This document shows positions 59,988-64,000 of a stretch of 64,000 nucleotides of DNA, piece after piece; the stretch's first letter is position 1; every line of letters starts with the position of its first letter. This stretch comes from Eledone cirrhosa (lineage: Eukaryota), in NCBI GenBank assembly GCA_964016885.1, contig OZ024740.1, positions 169,198,001 through 169,262,000 of the forward strand, read 5' to 3'. The translations under genes were made by a program, and so were the position numbers. Under the pieces are notes generated by a model, which saw only the letters and a program-made list of their open reading frames with translations, was not told the DNA's origin and searched no databases.

Positions 59988-60560
59988 AAAGAAGATTCAT
60001 GATATGAAAGAAAGAAAGAAAGTAGGGTGAAAAAGACTAGAATATGTCCGAGAAAGTAGCTCTTGAAAGTAGCTATTAATGATGATGATGAAATCGTCAA
60101 GTTAGCATCGACTCGAAAATGACCGCGATTAAAGGCGACTCTCCCCACCACTCTTATTACCACGTGAGAAAGGGAGAAACTATCGGTACGACAAGTAAGT
60201 ACTTCTTACATTACAATTGCGAAGAGTCTGAACTCTCGATTTCCTCCTCAAATGTTTATTGAGCAAGAACTACTCACGTGAGAAGATGGCACAGGAAATC
60301 GAGTTATCTGCTTTCCCACCTGAAAAGCTAGTCCTCGAATGGGATGGACAAGTTATTGCCTTGGGCTTCCCGATTCAGCACACTCGAAGATCGGATTGCA
60401 TCTTTAGTTACAGGAAAAGAAAAGAAGGAGATCTTAAGTGTTCCGATTGCAAGAAATGGAACCAGACAACAAGTCGCTGAAGTCATTTTGAAGGAAATTC
60501 AACGACACAAGATTGAGGATAGAATAATGGCTATAAGTAAGTCGCTAGCAGGACCACGGC
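59250..60560 (+). mobile_element. Decayed DNA transposon, Sola2-like transposase relic
   Basis: LLCFLYHH...EANIPTK, LFDI, LVLEWDG(KLLP)...EDRIASLVTG...ILSVP...GT..QVAE fragments, interrupted by (AAAG)n. The family is assigned from recalled motif similarity. Confidence 0.55.
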
Positions 60561-61022
60561 TGTGATGCTCATGATTAAGTATCAAGGGATGGCATTACTA
60601 GAAATCGAGTTGCAGCCATCGCAGCTAGAAGCGTTGAGAATATATGTATATATATATAAGTATAAAGAAAATGCTCTAGCGCAGAAATGCTATAAAGATA
60701 GCTTATAAAATAGGGTGAAGACATTTAAAAGACGGGAAAAGAAGTTGCCATCGGCCGCTATGAGGTATTGAACCCCATATAGAAATGGCTTCTCCAAAAC
60801 TAGGATTGTTTTACACTTCCGAAATCATCAAGGCATTCCTGGTGGTTTCATATGAATGAAGCAGTTCTCGTCCCGTAGAAGCCATTTCTATATTAAGTTT
60901 TTGATGTTTTCACTCAACTAATGTATTGAATAAGGTTATTCACTCTGAAGGTAATCATAGTGAATAAGGTTATTCACTATGATTACCTTCAATTTAATTC
61001 GGGATCTATCTATCTATCTATC

Positions 61023-61081
<59 letters not shown>

Positions 61082-61099
61082 TTATCTATCTATCTATCG

Positions 61100-61993
61100 T
61101 AGAATCAGTGGAAGCTTCACGGCAACATTTAGTAGGGTTTAGTGGAGGATAAGTGCGATGACGTTCTCGGGGATACTCCGGACGCTGAAGAGGACGAGCT
61201 GGCCAGTCTGTTCGAGAGTACTTTCCGTCCAAGGCCTATGGAAAACTACCAAAGATCTCTGGCCTGGCAGTGCTACCGAGAAGTGCTATCAGTTCGAGAC
61301 AAAATCTATAGGTACGGACGCCCCGGTAGGGATCCTGTTAAAAGGACCTGTCCAAGATGCGAGCGGGACATCGAAGCCGTTCTGCACGCAATTGGTCAGT
61401 AACGAGGGATCACCAACCTGTGGAATTATATCAAACAGCTGCTGTCACGTGTAGGACGAATCCAGTTGTCAGCCGAGTCCATCGTGAGGATTACCCCACC
61501 GCCTTCATTTAACACCGAAGAAGAGGCAGGTTTCCTGTCTAGTGGCTATGGCGAAAGAAGTGATATGGTGGACGAGACTGAAAGAACTGAGTGCAAACAC
61601 GTTTGTTTCCACACAGCAACTCATACTTTTCTTTAAATATCACTTCAAAAAGAAGGTGAGAGTGGAGAGAGTGGTGCTGCACCCCAATGAATTCGCTGAA
61701 AGGTAGGTGAATGTGGCGAAAATGGCCCGAGTGAATGGGCTTTCTCTTTATATAAACCTGTAGGTTGAAGAAGACAAAAGAGGGAAAACAGGAACACTTA
61801 CAAAATGTGCTTCTGGTGTTTAGGGTTGTTCTCTCTACGGGGTGTAAAACAACCTTGCAGTAACGTTCCCCCCTATTGGGGATTTCAATTTTTAATTTTT
61901 AGTTGTTAAACTTGTTTACACGATTTTCTGTAAAACCCCCACCGTCACGTCTTGTAATGTCCCATTTCTTGTGCGTCCTTGTGGCAAATAAAG

Positions 61994-61995
<2 letters not shown>
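61100..61995 (+). mobile_element. L1/Tx1-clade LINE 3' fragment (zf-RVT region)
   Basis: SLAWQCYREVLSVRDKI...CPRC....E.VLHA. AATAAA near 61987. Starts after a (TATC)n run. Confidence 0.75.
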
Positions 61996-62071
<76 letters not shown>

Positions 62072-63299
62072 ATATACATATACTCATATATGTAAATAGG
62101 CACACGCACGCACACATATATATGTAGATACAGCCCAGCCTATGTACACCCACTTATATACCTAATGTACATTGGCTGTACCTTTCTACAGCTGTTTATA
62201 TGTTCGCATTTCACTTTCTGTAAAATCGCGCACGAATAGATATACATGTGCACACACCGACACAAACATACACAACTATATATATATATCTCAGTATATA
62301 TATACATACATATAAATTCTCCGAGTTTCAGTTACTTCAAAGTAAATTTATATTTTGACAATTCAAACGAATACAACTAAAAGTTGTGTTTATCATCGTG
62401 GCATATTATCGGCACAAGGCCACATAAATTGTGGGCGGGTGTAAATTATGATACTCAATCTATGGTTCGACTGCTTGCTATTATATCAGCCACTATAGTG
62501 AAATGGCTAAGACGTTTGCTTCGCAATTATCTGGCTGTGGGTTAGATCTAACTGCATTACATTGTAGGCAAAGGTCATTTACCACAGACTCGGGTTGACC
62601 GCCCTTTGGATGGCCTCTATCTAATTAAAAATCCAGTCTTGTTACAGATTGTGTCACTCTGAATTCTCAAGGGAATGCTCAGCCACTTGCACGTTAATAT
62701 CACGAATAGGCGGCTCCGTTGATAGTAAAACTGGATCATAAATTGTCAAAGACCAAGGTGTTCCGATCCATATAGTACATGGATAAATTGATTTGAAACT
62801 CAAAACTAAATATGCCAACTTTTTTATGCGACATTCTACAAATACATCAATTATCAACTTTATATCTCTCACCCCCCCCCCTCTTTTTCTTTGTATATAT
62901 AAATATGGGCTTTTGAAAGAGCAACATCGAAATAAAGTTTGCCTCCTTATCAAGAGACCGTATTGCATTAGTAATATCGTGCTTAGTACATGAGTCACCT
63001 AAAATGATATCTGAAGAAGTTGTTTTAGTGATTGCATTACAATAACATCACAGAAATACGTATTACAACGAATTAAGTAATGAAATGAATTATGGAATTC
63101 GAGACTTCGCATTTAAATTATTAATGTATTTATATTCCGTCACGATCACATTGGAATTGGATGGGTACTTATGGCGTTGAGTGGTTGATTCTAATTACAC
63201 CTGCTCTCCGAGCTACGCAGTCTATCGAGTAATATTACTAAGAGAAAACCCTTCGGGGGAACCTCATTCCGACCGCTTGTATTCGCAATTGTATTCTTT

Positions 63300-64000
63300 C
63301 AGTCATTTCATGAAAGGTTGGCACGAATACCGAATTGAAGATATTGGTTTGGATTTTACACCTACCTCCCTTCTTCTGATGACTAAATACTGAAGCTGGC
63401 ACATTAATGCACCAGCTCCTGCAATTCTTGCACTTGATTCAGCCTCCTGCCTTCCATCACTCGTGAATACGACACCGAGATATTTCAATCTTCACCTGCT
63501 TCAATGGAACTCCACTCACATATAAAATACCCTGTGCAGGCTTCCTTGAGAGGACGAATGCCCAGTCTTTCCAGCACTGATTTACATTCTTGCCATGCGG
63601 TACTCAGCGTCAAATCTATCAAGTGTATTTCGCAGATAACTTTCTGACCAGTTAAGCAGTACCATATCGTCCACAAATTCCAGCCGACTAATCCAACACC
63701 TACCAGTATCCCGGCTGCGCATATCAATCATGTCCATGAAGATTATGAACAGGAGAGGTGAGAGGATTCACCGTTGGCGGAGTCTAACACCCGCATTGAA
63801 TGCTTTCGACTTAGCACCATTTATCCGAACACAAATATTAGGGCATCAAGAAGCTATCCATCGATACCATACTCCTGTAGTGCCGTCTACAACAGGTCTC
63901 GTGGAACGCAGTCATGCCTTTTTGAAGTCTACGAAACAAGTATATACCCCTTGGCCATACTACAATTATATGCTGCAGTGTGATTGACTTGATCCTGTGA
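63300..64000 (-). mobile_element. RTE-like RT relic
   Basis: GVRLRQR.ILSPLLFIIFMD and KYLGVVFTSDGRQE.E..ARI..A fragments. Confidence 0.75.

Overview
AT-rich, repeat-dominated eukaryotic genomic window. The SINE family and the (TA)n load suggest a cephalopod such as Octopus; this is an inference. There are two host genes, both on +: four in-phase internal exons of a SEL1L3-like gene (59-7640, stopping before a 200-N gap) and a complete 3-exon secreted protein of 207 aa with three Kunitz domains (25255-29697). The rest is mobile DNA: mariner, piggyBac-type and hAT MITEs, a Helitron, a Sola2-like relic, CR1-, RTE-, R4-, CRE- and Tx1-like LINEs, many tRNA-type SINEs, and four GIY-YIG Penelope-like elements (PLEs). 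The main signal is a dense set of type I hammerhead ribozymes (HHRs) read by hand from the sequence. One lies downstream of each of three different PLE ORFs, and others lie in short non-coding cassettes embedded in (TA)n arrays. Many of these cassettes have become fold-back palindromes. In two unrelated families the inversion is centred on hammerhead helix II, so that the CUGANGA catalytic box is replaced by the complement of the GAAA/helix III half. PLE-associated HHRs are established knowledge. The non-autonomous TA-embedded cassettes and the helix-II-centred fold-backs are the candidate novel part. All folds and family calls were made by eye, with no database search.
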